DNA from: Octopus sinensis
Lineage: Eukaryota
Length of the DNA stretch: 64,000 nt
Direction: 5' to 3'
Assembly (NCBI RefSeq): GCF_006345805.1
Contig: NC_042999.1
Coordinates: 8,246,001-8,310,000, forward strand
Part shown: positions 51,062 to 61,355 of the stretch, piece by piece
How positions within the stretch are numbered: the stretch's first letter is position 1
Layout of the letters: the number at the start of each line of letters is the position of its first letter
The notes under the pieces: generated by a model
The model's input: the letters and a program-made list of their open reading frames with translations, nothing else
Databases searched by the model: none
Told to the model about the DNA's origin: nothing
Made by a program: the position numbers and the translations under genes

Positions 51062-51937
51062 TAACAATAATAATAATAATAACAATAATAATAATAATAA
51101 GATTCTCTCTGGTCGAACACAGCTTCTCTATTCACAAATAATACAGAACAGCCCTTCAAAATAAGTTAAGAAAATTTACAAATTTACATATCTACAGTTT
51201 TCAATCATACATTCGACCAGCTTTAAAAACTTTGATACCCACAATTGCCTCTGTAAACATCCTTTTTTTTCTTCTCTCTAAAAACATCACGCTTTTCTTT
51301 TTCTTTTTTTTTCTTTTTGTGGACTTACAAAACCCTAAAACTTTCTATGAAAATCTGACTTTTCTTTGCTTCCTCCCTGAATATTCAAATATAAATGTAA
51401 ACATATACTTTTTATTGCAATAACACAAACGCACGTGGAAAAAAAAAATGATGATGCTACGATTCTCTCTGGTCGAACACAACTTCTCTATTCACAAACA
51501 ATACAGAACAGCCCTTCCTTAATTGTTCTTAAGCCTAATAGTAGTAAACATCTGAACTTTTTTTTGACCGATAGGACCGCACCTAAAAAAAAAAAAAAAA
51601 AAAAAGGACAGTCAGCCAGCCAACGAGACAGACAGACAGACACTACTGTGATGGTGATAATGATAAAAAAACAAAAATAACAATAATAAGATACTGCTGT
51701 GACTACACATAAAACAATATCATTGATGATGATGGTGGTGATGGTGATGGTGATGATGATAATGATGATGGTAATGGTGGTGATAATGATGATAGTGATG
51801 GTAATGGTGATGATAATAACAATAATAAGCCGACTACGGCTGCTATAATGGTACGATTATAATTGTAACGGCAATGATGGCCGTCTCCCCACGAGCCAAT
51901 CAAAGCTAAAAAATGATAACATTATCGTAGCACCAAA

Positions 51938-52567
51938 ATGTTTTTGGAAACTAAAAGGAAAACTAAATCAGTATCCCAAATCGCTTGTCCTATGGTTAAT
52001 CTGGAAGCGCGTCCCCCAGGGAAGAGCCAGCATGGGATCGAAAAGTCATCAACTGGCACAAACTCTTCTCCGAATACGGACATGGATGGTCACTTGAACG
52101 GGAAATCCCCCAACTCGAGCCCTCCAAGTTCACCACCACAACCACCACAGAAAGAAAAATGTAAGCGGAACAAATGGACCCGAGAAGAGTATAAAGAAGT
52201 AATATACGCTTATTACTATGCATTAGGTAGGCCATCTCAAGAGAGACACACCGCAAACCCTTACAGTATATGGAGAACACGGAATCAAGACAGTAGGCCC
52301 TATTTGGACGAGAACAAATTAGCAAATGTGAGGAGGGATATCTTTAGAAATAACAGACTCACAGACAGTGAAATAAGCGCGATCAAGCACGCAACGGAAA
52401 ATGACATAAATATAAGACACAAAGGAAATGAAGAATCAGATGAACAGTATAGCCCGCCACGAGGCTTAATTGAAAGACTGCCATCTGACCAAAGTACGCA
52501 AAGGCCTGAAGATACAAGAAATTCTATTGTACCTGATAAAGATAGCCAGGAAAACGAAAAACAATAG
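51938..52567 (+). CDS. N-terminal part of the Dong/R4 ORF
   Basis: KRNKWTREEYKEVIYAYY...LANVRRDIFRNNRLTDSEI resembles R4/Dong N-termini. Same frame as 52586-55621, separated by TAG TAA at 52565-52570. Confidence 0.7.
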   Translation: MFLETKRKTKSVSQIACPMVNLEARPPGKSQHGIEKSSTGTNSSPNTDMDGHLNGKSPNSSPPSSPPQPPQKEKCKRNKWTREEYKEVIYAYYYALGRPSQERHTANPYSIWRTRNQDSRPYLDENKLANVRRDIFRNNRLTDSEISAIKHATENDINIRHKGNEESDEQYSPPRGLIERLPSDQSTQRPEDTRNSIVPDKDSQENEKQ

Positions 52568-52585
52568 TAACTGAAGATCTCGCAT

Positions 52586-55500
52586 TTGCTGAAGAACAGA
52601 GAGTCTATAGCAGAAATGAGGCAGAAAATCCTGAATACGCTTGAAGTTGTAAGACATACAAGTATGAATGATAGAGAACCGCTTCATAAACTCTCAAATA
52701 CAAACCAAAATAAAAAACAAATCCAAATTGGCAACTATGTAACAAATGAAATAATACGAGAATTAAAACCTAATTTTACTGAGTTAAATGAAATTATTTA
52801 CGCTTCTGCTAGGGCAATTGAAACCAGCTGTATGCCCCCGAAAAAACAAAGAAAACAAAACCTGGGAAGAAATCAAACCTGGAGAAGTAAAATTGAAAAA
52901 GAGATTGAATTTATGAGAGGGGAAATATCAATATTAAATGAACTAATATGTGGAAATGATGTAAGATCCAGAACAGGAAGAAAGATGAAGAGAAAATTTG
53001 GATCCTCACCAAGAGAAGAACTGATATCAATAAAAGAAACGCTGAAACAAAAAGTCCAAGCAAAAGCCCAAAGAATACGAAGATTTGAGAAGAGAAACAA
53101 GTTTTACAAGCAAAATAAGCTGTTCACATCCAATGCCAAAAAATTCTACAGAGAAATAGGGAAGGAGAAAGTAACCGTTAAAGACCCCCCTCCCATGGAA
53201 GAATTTCAAAACTTTTGGAAAAGGATTTGGAGTGACAAGAAGACGTACAACATAAATGCAGACTGGATTATACAAACTGAAGGATCCTACCAAAATTTAC
53301 AACAAGCATGGGAAGACATCACAATAGCAGACCTAAGAAAAGCACTCACGAAGGCCCATAATTGGAAATCCCCCGGTAAAGATAGGGTGCCGAATTTCTG
53401 GCTCGCATCGCTCCCGTGCGCACACGGTAAGCTAGTTCAGCTGCTCAATGGAATTATGAGAGACCCAAAGAAAACACCTGAATGGTTAGCAAGTGGCATT
53501 ACTTACCTACTCCCAAAGAATAACGAAACCAACCTTCCAAAAAACTATCGGCCTATAACCTGTCTATCCACCACGTATAAAATCCTAACATCTATCCTGG
53601 CGGAGAAAACATATGCATTCATGGAGAAGAACGATATTTTCCCCATTGAACAAAAAGGGTGCCGCCGAGGCTCTTACGGATGCAAAGATCAACTGCTAAT
53701 CAATCGTATGATCCTTGAGAACTGTCACAACAAGCGCAGAAATCTCAGCACCGCATGGATTGACTATAAAAAGGCCTTCGACAGTATACCACATCCATGG
53801 ATCTTGAGATCGCTGGACATCTTCAAAATTTCCCCTGTGATTTCAAACTTCCTGAAGCACAATATGTCGTTGTGGAATACGAATCTCCAATTATACCACT
53901 CTAATGGAGTACTTGCCTCAGAAAATATAAACATCAACTGTGGAATTTTTCAAGGTGACTCACTTTCACCTTTAATATTCTGCATAGCCCTAATACCCCT
54001 TACAAGTGAATTAAACAGAACAAGGTATGGGTATAAAATTGCCAATAAAAAAATAAGCCATCTATTTTATATGGATGACTTAAAACTTTATGGTAAAGAC
54101 AATAATGAACTTGAAGGCCTATTGCGCACCGTGAAATCATTCAGCGATGACATCGGGATGGAGTTTGGACTTGAGAAGTGTGCCAAGGCCACTTTCCAGA
54201 AAGGGAAAGTGAAGACCACAAATTCAGTCGTGTTAGATGTTGACACAGTCATAAGAGAGCTTGAGCAAGAACAAACATACAAATATTTAGGGATAAATGA
54301 AGGCTCTGGTATTCAGCATGCAAGCATGAAAGAGAAAATCAGGAAGGAATGTTATAGGAGAGTTGGTGCAGTCCTGAAATCTGAACTAAATGCACGTAAC
54401 AAGGTGTTAGCTATAAATTCCCTAGCAGTTCCAGTTGTTACTTATAGCTACAATGTGTTGAACTGGAATATGAGTGAAGTAAAGAATATAGATAGAAAAA
54501 TACGCAAGCTGCTGAGTTGTAATAGGATGCACCACCCAAAGGCAGACGTAGATCGCCTTTACCTTCCCAGAGCCCAAGGAGGTCGAGGCCTGATCCAATT
54601 TGAACTAGCTTACAAAACAACCACAATTGGACTGGGCAAATATCTCGAAATATCGAATGACTGGATGCTAAAGCTCGTGGAAAATCACGAGAGACGAAAG
54701 AAGCTTCATTCTATCATAAAGGAAAGCAAAGAATTTGCTATTGATCTCGTGCAGGATACCCAAACTGAACAACCCGAGGGAAGTACGGCAACTATTGTTG
54801 CAAAGAAGGTGAAAATGATGGCAATGAAAAAAGCGCACGAGCAATTGGCTGATAGGTGGGAGGAGAAACCTCTGCACGGCAAATATGTGACCCGCAGCAA
54901 ACAAGCTGATGTTGACCAGAAGCAAACCCATCAGTGGCTGCGGAGCTCAGGGCTAAAATCAGAGAGCGAAGGTTTCATCCTGGCTGCTCAAGACCAAAGC
55001 CTATCAACCCGGAACTACCAGGCCAATGTGATGAAAAATGGAGCAGACCCAAAATGCCGATTCTGCAACGACATGATTGAAACAGTGGACCACCTAATCT
55101 CTGGATGTAAAGTCTTAGCACCAGTGGAGTATAAATTAAGACATGACAGAGTTGGCCAATATCTCCACTGGCTAATAAGTCGGCATTACAATATCAAAAC
55201 TGCCGACAAGTGGTATAATCACCACCCTGAGGCTGTAACTGAAGGAGAAAATGTAACCATTCTGTGGGACTTTCCAGTACATACAGACCGAACCATCAAG
55301 GCCAATAAACCAGATATTGTTGTGAAAGACCAAAACAATAAAGTTTGCTTATTGATCGACATGGGCATCCCCTGTGATCATAATATCTCAGCGAAAGAGT
55401 TTGACAAGCTCAGAAAATATAAAGACCTACTCATTGAAATTGAGAAAATGTGGCATCTCAAGGCGGTTACAATACCAGTGATCGTAGGAGCACTAGGAAT

Positions 55501-55621
55501 GATCAAGAAGGGAACCGAAAATTATATGAGAATGATCCCTGGCTTACCATCCCTGCAAGAAGTGCAAAAGATTGTCTTAACTGGTACATCACACGTATTG
55601 AGAAGAGCATTGTCGATGTGA
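52586..55621 (+). CDS. Dong/R4 reverse transcriptase-endonuclease
   Basis: RT motifs NYRPITCL, WIDYKKAFDS, GIFQGDSLSP, FYMDDLKLY. CCHC knuckle CRFC...HLISGC, RHD motif, RLE motif KPDIVV...LIDMGIP...KLRKYKDL. Confidence 0.95.
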   Translation: MLKNRESIAEMRQKILNTLEVVRHTSMNDREPLHKLSNTNQNKKQIQIGNYVTNEIIRELKPNFTELNEIIYASARAIETSCMPPKKQRKQNLGRNQTWRSKIEKEIEFMRGEISILNELICGNDVRSRTGRKMKRKFGSSPREELISIKETLKQKVQAKAQRIRRFEKRNKFYKQNKLFTSNAKKFYREIGKEKVTVKDPPPMEEFQNFWKRIWSDKKTYNINADWIIQTEGSYQNLQQAWEDITIADLRKALTKAHNWKSPGKDRVPNFWLASLPCAHGKLVQLLNGIMRDPKKTPEWLASGITYLLPKNNETNLPKNYRPITCLSTTYKILTSILAEKTYAFMEKNDIFPIEQKGCRRGSYGCKDQLLINRMILENCHNKRRNLSTAWIDYKKAFDSIPHPWILRSLDIFKISPVISNFLKHNMSLWNTNLQLYHSNGVLASENININCGIFQGDSLSPLIFCIALIPLTSELNRTRYGYKIANKKISHLFYMDDLKLYGKDNNELEGLLRTVKSFSDDIGMEFGLEKCAKATFQKGKVKTTNSVVLDVDTVIRELEQEQTYKYLGINEGSGIQHASMKEKIRKECYRRVGAVLKSELNARNKVLAINSLAVPVVTYSYNVLNWNMSEVKNIDRKIRKLLSCNRMHHPKADVDRLYLPRAQGGRGLIQFELAYKTTTIGLGKYLEISNDWMLKLVENHERRKKLHSIIKESKEFAIDLVQDTQTEQPEGSTATIVAKKVKMMAMKKAHEQLADRWEEKPLHGKYVTRSKQADVDQKQTHQWLRSSGLKSESEGFILAAQDQSLSTRNYQANVMKNGADPKCRFCNDMIETVDHLISGCKVLAPVEYKLRHDRVGQYLHWLISRHYNIKTADKWYNHHPEAVTEGENVTILWDFPVHTDRTIKANKPDIVVKDQNNKVCLLIDMGIPCDHNISAKEFDKLRKYKDLLIEIEKMWHLKAVTIPVIVGALGMIKKGTENYMRMIPGLPSLQEVQKIVLTGTSHVLRRALSM

Positions 55622-55846
55622 GAACTGTTGCTGCTCATGCATTTTAATTTAACTTAAAAAAAAAAAAAAAAATTAACGAACTACTGAGTTTGGTTTAATG
55701 GCCTACCAATATACACTATGAGTTTCTTTGCCCTAGGAGTCGGGAAGACACTCGGCAAGAAATGGAAGAAAATTTGAAAGAAGAAAAAAAAAAAGTAATA
55801 ATAATAATAATAATAATAAATAATAATAATAATAATCATAATAATA

Positions 55847-56323
55847 TTGTCTTGGTATAAAAGATGGGCTACAGCAAATATTCTGCTCAATATCACAGAT
55901 TTGCTTGTCAGTTGTTTGACCATAACCAGTTGAGCATGTCCCTTAGTGGCTGACGATATGTGCATCTCTGATCACGAGCAGAAGTAGTGGGGGAGCATCA
56001 TAGCCGTGTGTTGAAAGGGATTCTTTGGGGTTTGAATAGTTCACCTCTGGAAACATGGGTGGTTCTTTCAACATCCTTAAACAACCCTTATTCAGGGACC
56101 TTTTGAGCGGGATGGGCTACTCAACCTGAAGAAAATTCTAACTGGGCCCCACCTGCAAGGTCATGTGCTGTTTATCTTGATATGAGATCACCATGTCGCG
56201 CACATATGGTTGTGATGCATGTGCCTGGTGTACCTTTATCAGACGGGTAGTCATGATGGGTATATTGGGCTTCGTATATTTTACCCCAGTGTCACTTTGA
56301 TGGCATGAACTGCTCTCTCACTC
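55847..56323 (+). mobile_element. Family D element, shorter copy, directly behind the Dong element
   Basis: Matches 15365 to about 15830 and lacks about 70 bp at one end. (AAT)n on both sides. Confidence 0.8.
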
Positions 56324-56399
56324 AATAATAATAAAATAATAATAATAATAATAATAATAACAACAACAACAACAATAATAACAATAATAATAATAACAA

Positions 56400-56572
56400 C
56401 ATCGAAAAATACCTTAGGAATGAGAACCTCGAAATTTCCCCAAGACACCTGATGAAGGCTGGAGGGTATATCAGCCAAAAAGTTGTGTTAACAACAAAGA
56501 AGATGAAGACAAATATCCGTCAAATGTAAACAATGTACATAATTCCTCATCTCTTAAATATAAAACTGTATA
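56400..56572 (+). mobile_element. About 175-bp hammerhead-bearing short element (core inactivated in this copy)
   Basis: Same family as 39655-39800, 41395-41515, 6680-6800 and the tail fragment 17101-17170. Here GAAAC is mutated to AAAAA at 56477-81. Confidence 0.75.
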
Positions 56573-57443
56573 ATCTCGAGATGTTATTATTTTCACTGTT
56601 GAATACACACGGGAGGTACACATTTCTCTCTTTACTGTTCAGCCGGTGTTGTCTAAGGGACACTATGAGGGGCTCAAAGATCACCTGAGCTGACTTTAGG
56701 CCTCTAATTCCGTTCCTCTGTTTAAAACAGATCCTGTCAATTTCTTTATTAACCATGAGGTTGAGAAAAAGAGGGGACGATACGACAGTGTCACTGAGGA
56801 CATGGAAATATCAATGGTTGTCAGTAAAAGGCGGCGAGCTGGCAGAAACGTTAGCACGCCGGGCGAAATGTGTAGCCGTATTTCGTCTCCCGTTACGTTC
56901 TGAGTTCAAATTCCGCCAAGGTCGACTTTGCCTTTCATCCTTTCGGGGTCGATTAAATAAGTACCAGTTACGCACTGGGGTCGATATAATCGACTTAATC
57001 CGTTTGTCTGTCCTTGTTTGTCCTCTCTGTGTTTAACTCCTTGTGGGTAGTAAAGAAATAGGTTGTCAATAAAAGTTGTAAGGTCCAAGTTGCAAGATTC
57101 AAGTGTCCAGTCAAGCATATCAAATATTGATAAAATCACTGGCATAGTGAAAGCATTGTGTGTGTGTTTGTATATATTAGAAACATAATGTGAACAAGCA
57201 AAATATGTAATATTACTTAAGAGTATTTAATTTATAATTCAAACATAATCTAAGCAGAATGCAATTTACTGTAACTATGCTGCACTGTGTTTAAATTATT
57301 TTTTGAATTATAAATTAAACGCTCTAAAGTGATACCTCGTGTTTTGCTAGTTCATTCTCTGTTTTTTAATATATATATATCTATCTTAGAAAATTACTAT
57401 TTTAAAATCTTACAACGAGGGAGATTCAGCAATAGTTTTTTGT

Positions 57444-57806
57444 AGTAAAGATTGTTTGCCAACATATCATGGCAGTCCTGGTTTAGGACGAATGTTGCTG
57501 TTATTTAGCCCCAGGAAACATCATCACCAGCTGGCTATACAACACGATCTGTGTCCTTATATATTTCGAACAGTATTTTGGCAGCCGAACAATTATTCTG
57601 TGCTGGTGAAGGGAAATAACCCGGAAATCGCGATACACAGATATTGTTTTGAGATGAGTGGGGGGTGCTAGATTCCCTTGTTTGAAGATATACGGACACA
57701 GATCGTGTTGTATAGCTAGCTGGAGACGATATCTCCTGGGGCTAAATTACAGCAACATTCGTCCTAAACTAGGACTGCCCTGTTATGTTGGCAAACAATC
57801 TTTACT
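57444..57806. mobile_element. MITE-like foldback, ~128-bp imperfect inverted arms
   Basis: 57444-57572 is the reverse complement of 57679-57806, with moderate divergence. Confidence 0.8.
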
Positions 57807-57987
57807 CCATATATCTACCTGTTTAATGACGAACTAATTTTAGATCTCTTTGATAGCACCACCTCTCAGTTTTCAGTTACAGCCGGAGTTTTAGCGGGAA
57901 ACCAAACCGAGCACTTATAGAACATACGTACTGAATTATGTCATTAAACGAACATTTTGTATGTATGTATGTATGTATGTATGTATG

Positions 57988-58790
57988 TCTCTTCTGTTTT
58001 TCAACTATTATAAATATTCCACTAAGGAGGGAGCCAGTTTCCAACAAAGATACAAGGCTCCATCTTTGGGATGTAGTTAACACAGACAAATTCACATTTG
58101 GAACTTGAGAAAAGTCTTGCACATTTTTACTGTTCCACTCACAGATTACACTTGTAATGAACGAATCAACCGGTCGATTTCTCTTTCTGAAAATCCTTGT
58201 TTATCCAGATTCTCCTTTAAGCATATTTACTAACAAAACCTAGTGCTCCAATTATTATTGGTATGAATATGAATTCACTATCTGGATACAGAAGCTGGAG
58301 GTTTCGAAGCAATTGTCCATAGACATCCTCTTTTTCTTTGACTTTCAAAGAGACATTTACAACTGCAGGGCAGCTAACCTATATGACGGCTCATACCTTT
58401 GCCCTTCTGTCCCAAACTACAATATCCGGTCTGTCATGTTTACATTTGACAGAAGCATTGATGGAAATATTCCACCAGTATTCCTTTAGTTGGTGTTTAG
58501 GAATGTATTCCATAAGAAAGGGATTCTCTAAGTTTATTTCGTGACAGTCTTTTTTCGCAGATGGCATTGTAAATTGTTTTAGTAAAAACATCATGCCGCA
58601 TAGGCAGGTAGAACTGTAACAACATTTTAGAACAGCTGCTAATCACATGCGTGATGTCTTCCACAGAAACAGGGCATAGCCTACACATGCGGTTGCCCCT
58701 TAGGATTACAAGAGCGCCACTGTTTCTCTTGTTCAACAAGTACTTTGTGGCACTTTCCTGTTCCTGGATTGCAAACGCATAGCCTTGGGA
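57988..58790 (-). mobile_element. Decayed 3' fragment of a divergent RLE-type (R4/Dong-like) LINE with a (CATA)n tail
   Basis: SQGYAFAIQEQ...CRLC...HVISSC...MRHD, then KHDRPDIVVWD...IPIIIGALG across frameshifts and stops. The 3' end abuts (TATG)n at 57958-57987. Confidence 0.75.
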
Positions 58791-59032
58791 CTGAACCAAG
58801 AACCATGTGGTGTGGAAGCAAACTCCTTACCACGCAGCCATATATATATACAAACATCGCTAGCCACTAAACCTTTTTTTTAAATCTTTTCTCCTTGTTT
58901 CTTTCTGTGTTCCTTCCTGTTCAAGAGCGTAGGCTCGAAACATAAAAGACTTTCTCACACCCCGAGCGTTAAACTAATACCTCTGTTTGTTGTTTACACA
59001 CCCGTCTTCGTCTATTTTTTTTTGTAAATTCC

Positions 59033-59081
<49 letters not shown>

Positions 59082-59216
59082 AGTTCAGCAAAATTTGGAT
59101 TCAGATGAATATGGTACTTAAGTTCAAGTTAAAAACTGATGTAATACTTACATTGTTTAATTAAATGAAGTAGCATGAAACGTTTGTACTACACTACCTT
59201 GGATATCCTTGTTGCT

Positions 59217-59253
<37 letters not shown>

Positions 59254-59971
59254 ATACATATATATATACGCACACACACACACACTTACACACACACGCA
59301 CACATATATGCATCTATGTATGTATGTATGTATGTTCCTAATTTGTCATTCTTAATATTCTCATATTAAGTAAAAATGGATACAATTTGTCTGTTACTTG
59401 AGACAAAGAAAATTAAGAATAATATTTTACAAAACAAATGAACAAAATAAACATTCAAATTCAAATTAATTAAAAATTTAAAAAGCCTCATTTGTATTTA
59501 ATTATAATTGGATGCAACAATTTATCTTATTTCGTTGAAACCGTTGTTGTTGTCTTTGATGATGATGATGATGATGTTGTTGATTAGCTTTCGTATTATT
59601 TTTTTCTAGTATTTCAAAAGCAATTGATTCAAAGAGGAGTGTATATTGACAGTGGTATTTTTAGCTTTGCTCCAGTGAAAATTAATGCATTAATTAGGTT
59701 TAATTAGTTAATTTCCTGACATTTGAAAACAATTTTAGTCGTTGAATAGCACACGATTCCATAAACCTGAAAATGATTGGTGACAGTTTTCTTATTTTCA
59801 GAAGATAAATTGTTATGACCCACTACCCCCCTCTCTCTCTCTCTCTCTCTACATAGTTTTCTTTTGTCTTCACTTGTTTGTGTGCTTCCTCGTTTCATTA
59901 TCTCCCCCTCTCTCTCATAACATGAATGCCTATATGCATGCGTACACAGCCATACACTGAAGTATAAATGT

Positions 59972-60357
59972 GGATGGAAGCACTCCGTCGGTTACGACGA
60001 CGAGGGTTCCGGTTGATCCGAATCAACGGAACAGCCTGCTCGTGAAATTAACGTGTAAGTGGCTGAGCACTCCACAGACACGTGTACCCTTAACGTAGTT
60101 CTCGGAGATATTCAGCGTGACACAGAGAGTGACAAGGCCGGCCCTTTGAAATACAGGTACAACAGAAACAGGAAGTAAGCGTGAGAGAAAGTTGTGGTGA
60201 AAGAGTACAGCAGGGATCACCACCATCCCCTGCCGGAGCCTCGTGGAGCTTTTAGGTGTTTTCGCTCAATAAACACTCACAATGCCCGGTCTGGGAATCG
60301 AAACCGCGATCCTACGACCGCGATTCCGCTGCCCTAACCACTGGGCCATTGCGCCTC
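59972..60357 (-). mobile_element. SINE-C with a 51-bp flanking direct repeat
   Basis: Full-length copy. 59921-59971 equals 60358-60408 with one mismatch. Confidence 0.9.
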
Positions 60358-61079
60358 CATGATTGCCTATATGCATGCGTACACAGCCATACACTGAAGT
60401 ATAAATGTATTTGGGTTCCAGCTAAATATAAATGTTTATAAACCGAAACAATAAATATTTATCTAATCCGCACACGAGGGCGACTTAATCAATTCATTGA
60501 GCATTTTTGATTATTACAGTCACCCTTTAAGAATATAATTATCTTGATTAATATCAGAACATCAGAATATATATTTCTTTACTCCCCACATGGGGCTAAA
60601 CACAGAGGGGACAAACAAGGACAGACAAACGGATTAAGTCGATTTCATTGACTCCAGTGCGTAACTGGTACTTAATTTATCGACCTCGAAAGGATGAAAG
60701 GCAAAATCGACCTCGGCAGAATTTGAACTCACAACGTAACGGCAGACGAAATATTGCTAAGCATTTCACCTGGCGTGCTAACGTTTCTGCCAGCTCGCCA
60801 CCTTTCTCAGAATATAGAGAATATAGAGAGACGGTAGCCATCATGCGTCCCTAACCACATTAGTAAAGTAATAGAGATGTGTATGGATATAGTTGAAATT
60901 TACAGAAAAACAAAAGACGGAGACAGGTGTATAAACAACCAGCAGGTGTATTATATGTGTGTGTGTGTGTGTGTGTACGTATATATATATATATTATATA
61001 TATATATATATATATCACTTTGATCACTTTGACCGACCAGTCAGTCAGGCGTCCATTTGACACCGCTGGTCACTGTTGT

Positions 61080-61311
61080 TGTTATATATATATAATGTAT
61101 TGAGTATTAAAGGAAGTAGTGAGTACTTAGTATGAAAGATTAAGAAAATGAGAGAGACTGAAACAACGTGTTAACGATACGAGATACTTTATTCGACTGC
61201 CGTTGTTGTACAAGTTAATTGTTTTGGCGGGAAACAAAGTGAAAGTCCTTTTATCAAGGGAGACAATGGGCGACGTTGATTGTTCATGTTTGTTGTGATG
61301 ATTATATAACA
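61080..61311 (-). repeat. 3' LTR of the Gypsy element (232 bp)
   Basis: Minus strand starts TGTTATATA and ends TATATAACA (9-bp inverted termini). It directly follows the polypurine tract and contains AATAAA (plus-strand TTTATT at 61188-61193). Confidence 0.85.
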
Positions 61312-61335
61312 TCTTCCTTTTTTTTTTTTTTTTAT
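61312..61335 (-). other. Polypurine tract of the Gypsy element
   Basis: Minus strand A-run + GGAAGA immediately before the TG of the LTR. Confidence 0.8.
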
Positions 61336-61355
61336 TTTTTTTATATCATCTGTAT

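Larger units (their letters stand above)
51829..55795 (+). mobile_element. Near full-length R4/Dong-clade non-LTR retrotransposon (RT + restriction-like endonuclease)
   Basis: Begins after (AAT)n at about 51828 and ends in a 3' UTR with an A-run followed by (TAA)n at 55796. Domain content RT + CCHC + RHD + PD..D is diagnostic of R2-superfamily elements. The 5' boundary is approximate. Confidence 0.9.

Noticed and set aside
51829-51937. Possible HDV-like ribozyme at the Dong 5' end (CCCACG...GCTAA)
   Set aside because: The spacing leaves no room for P3', P1' and P4, so the nested pseudoknot could not be built by eye. An Infernal search would be needed.
57444-57806. GTCCT/AGGAC stem followed by GAA in the foldback arms
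   Set aside because: No 7-nt core or third A, so it was treated as an ordinary MITE.
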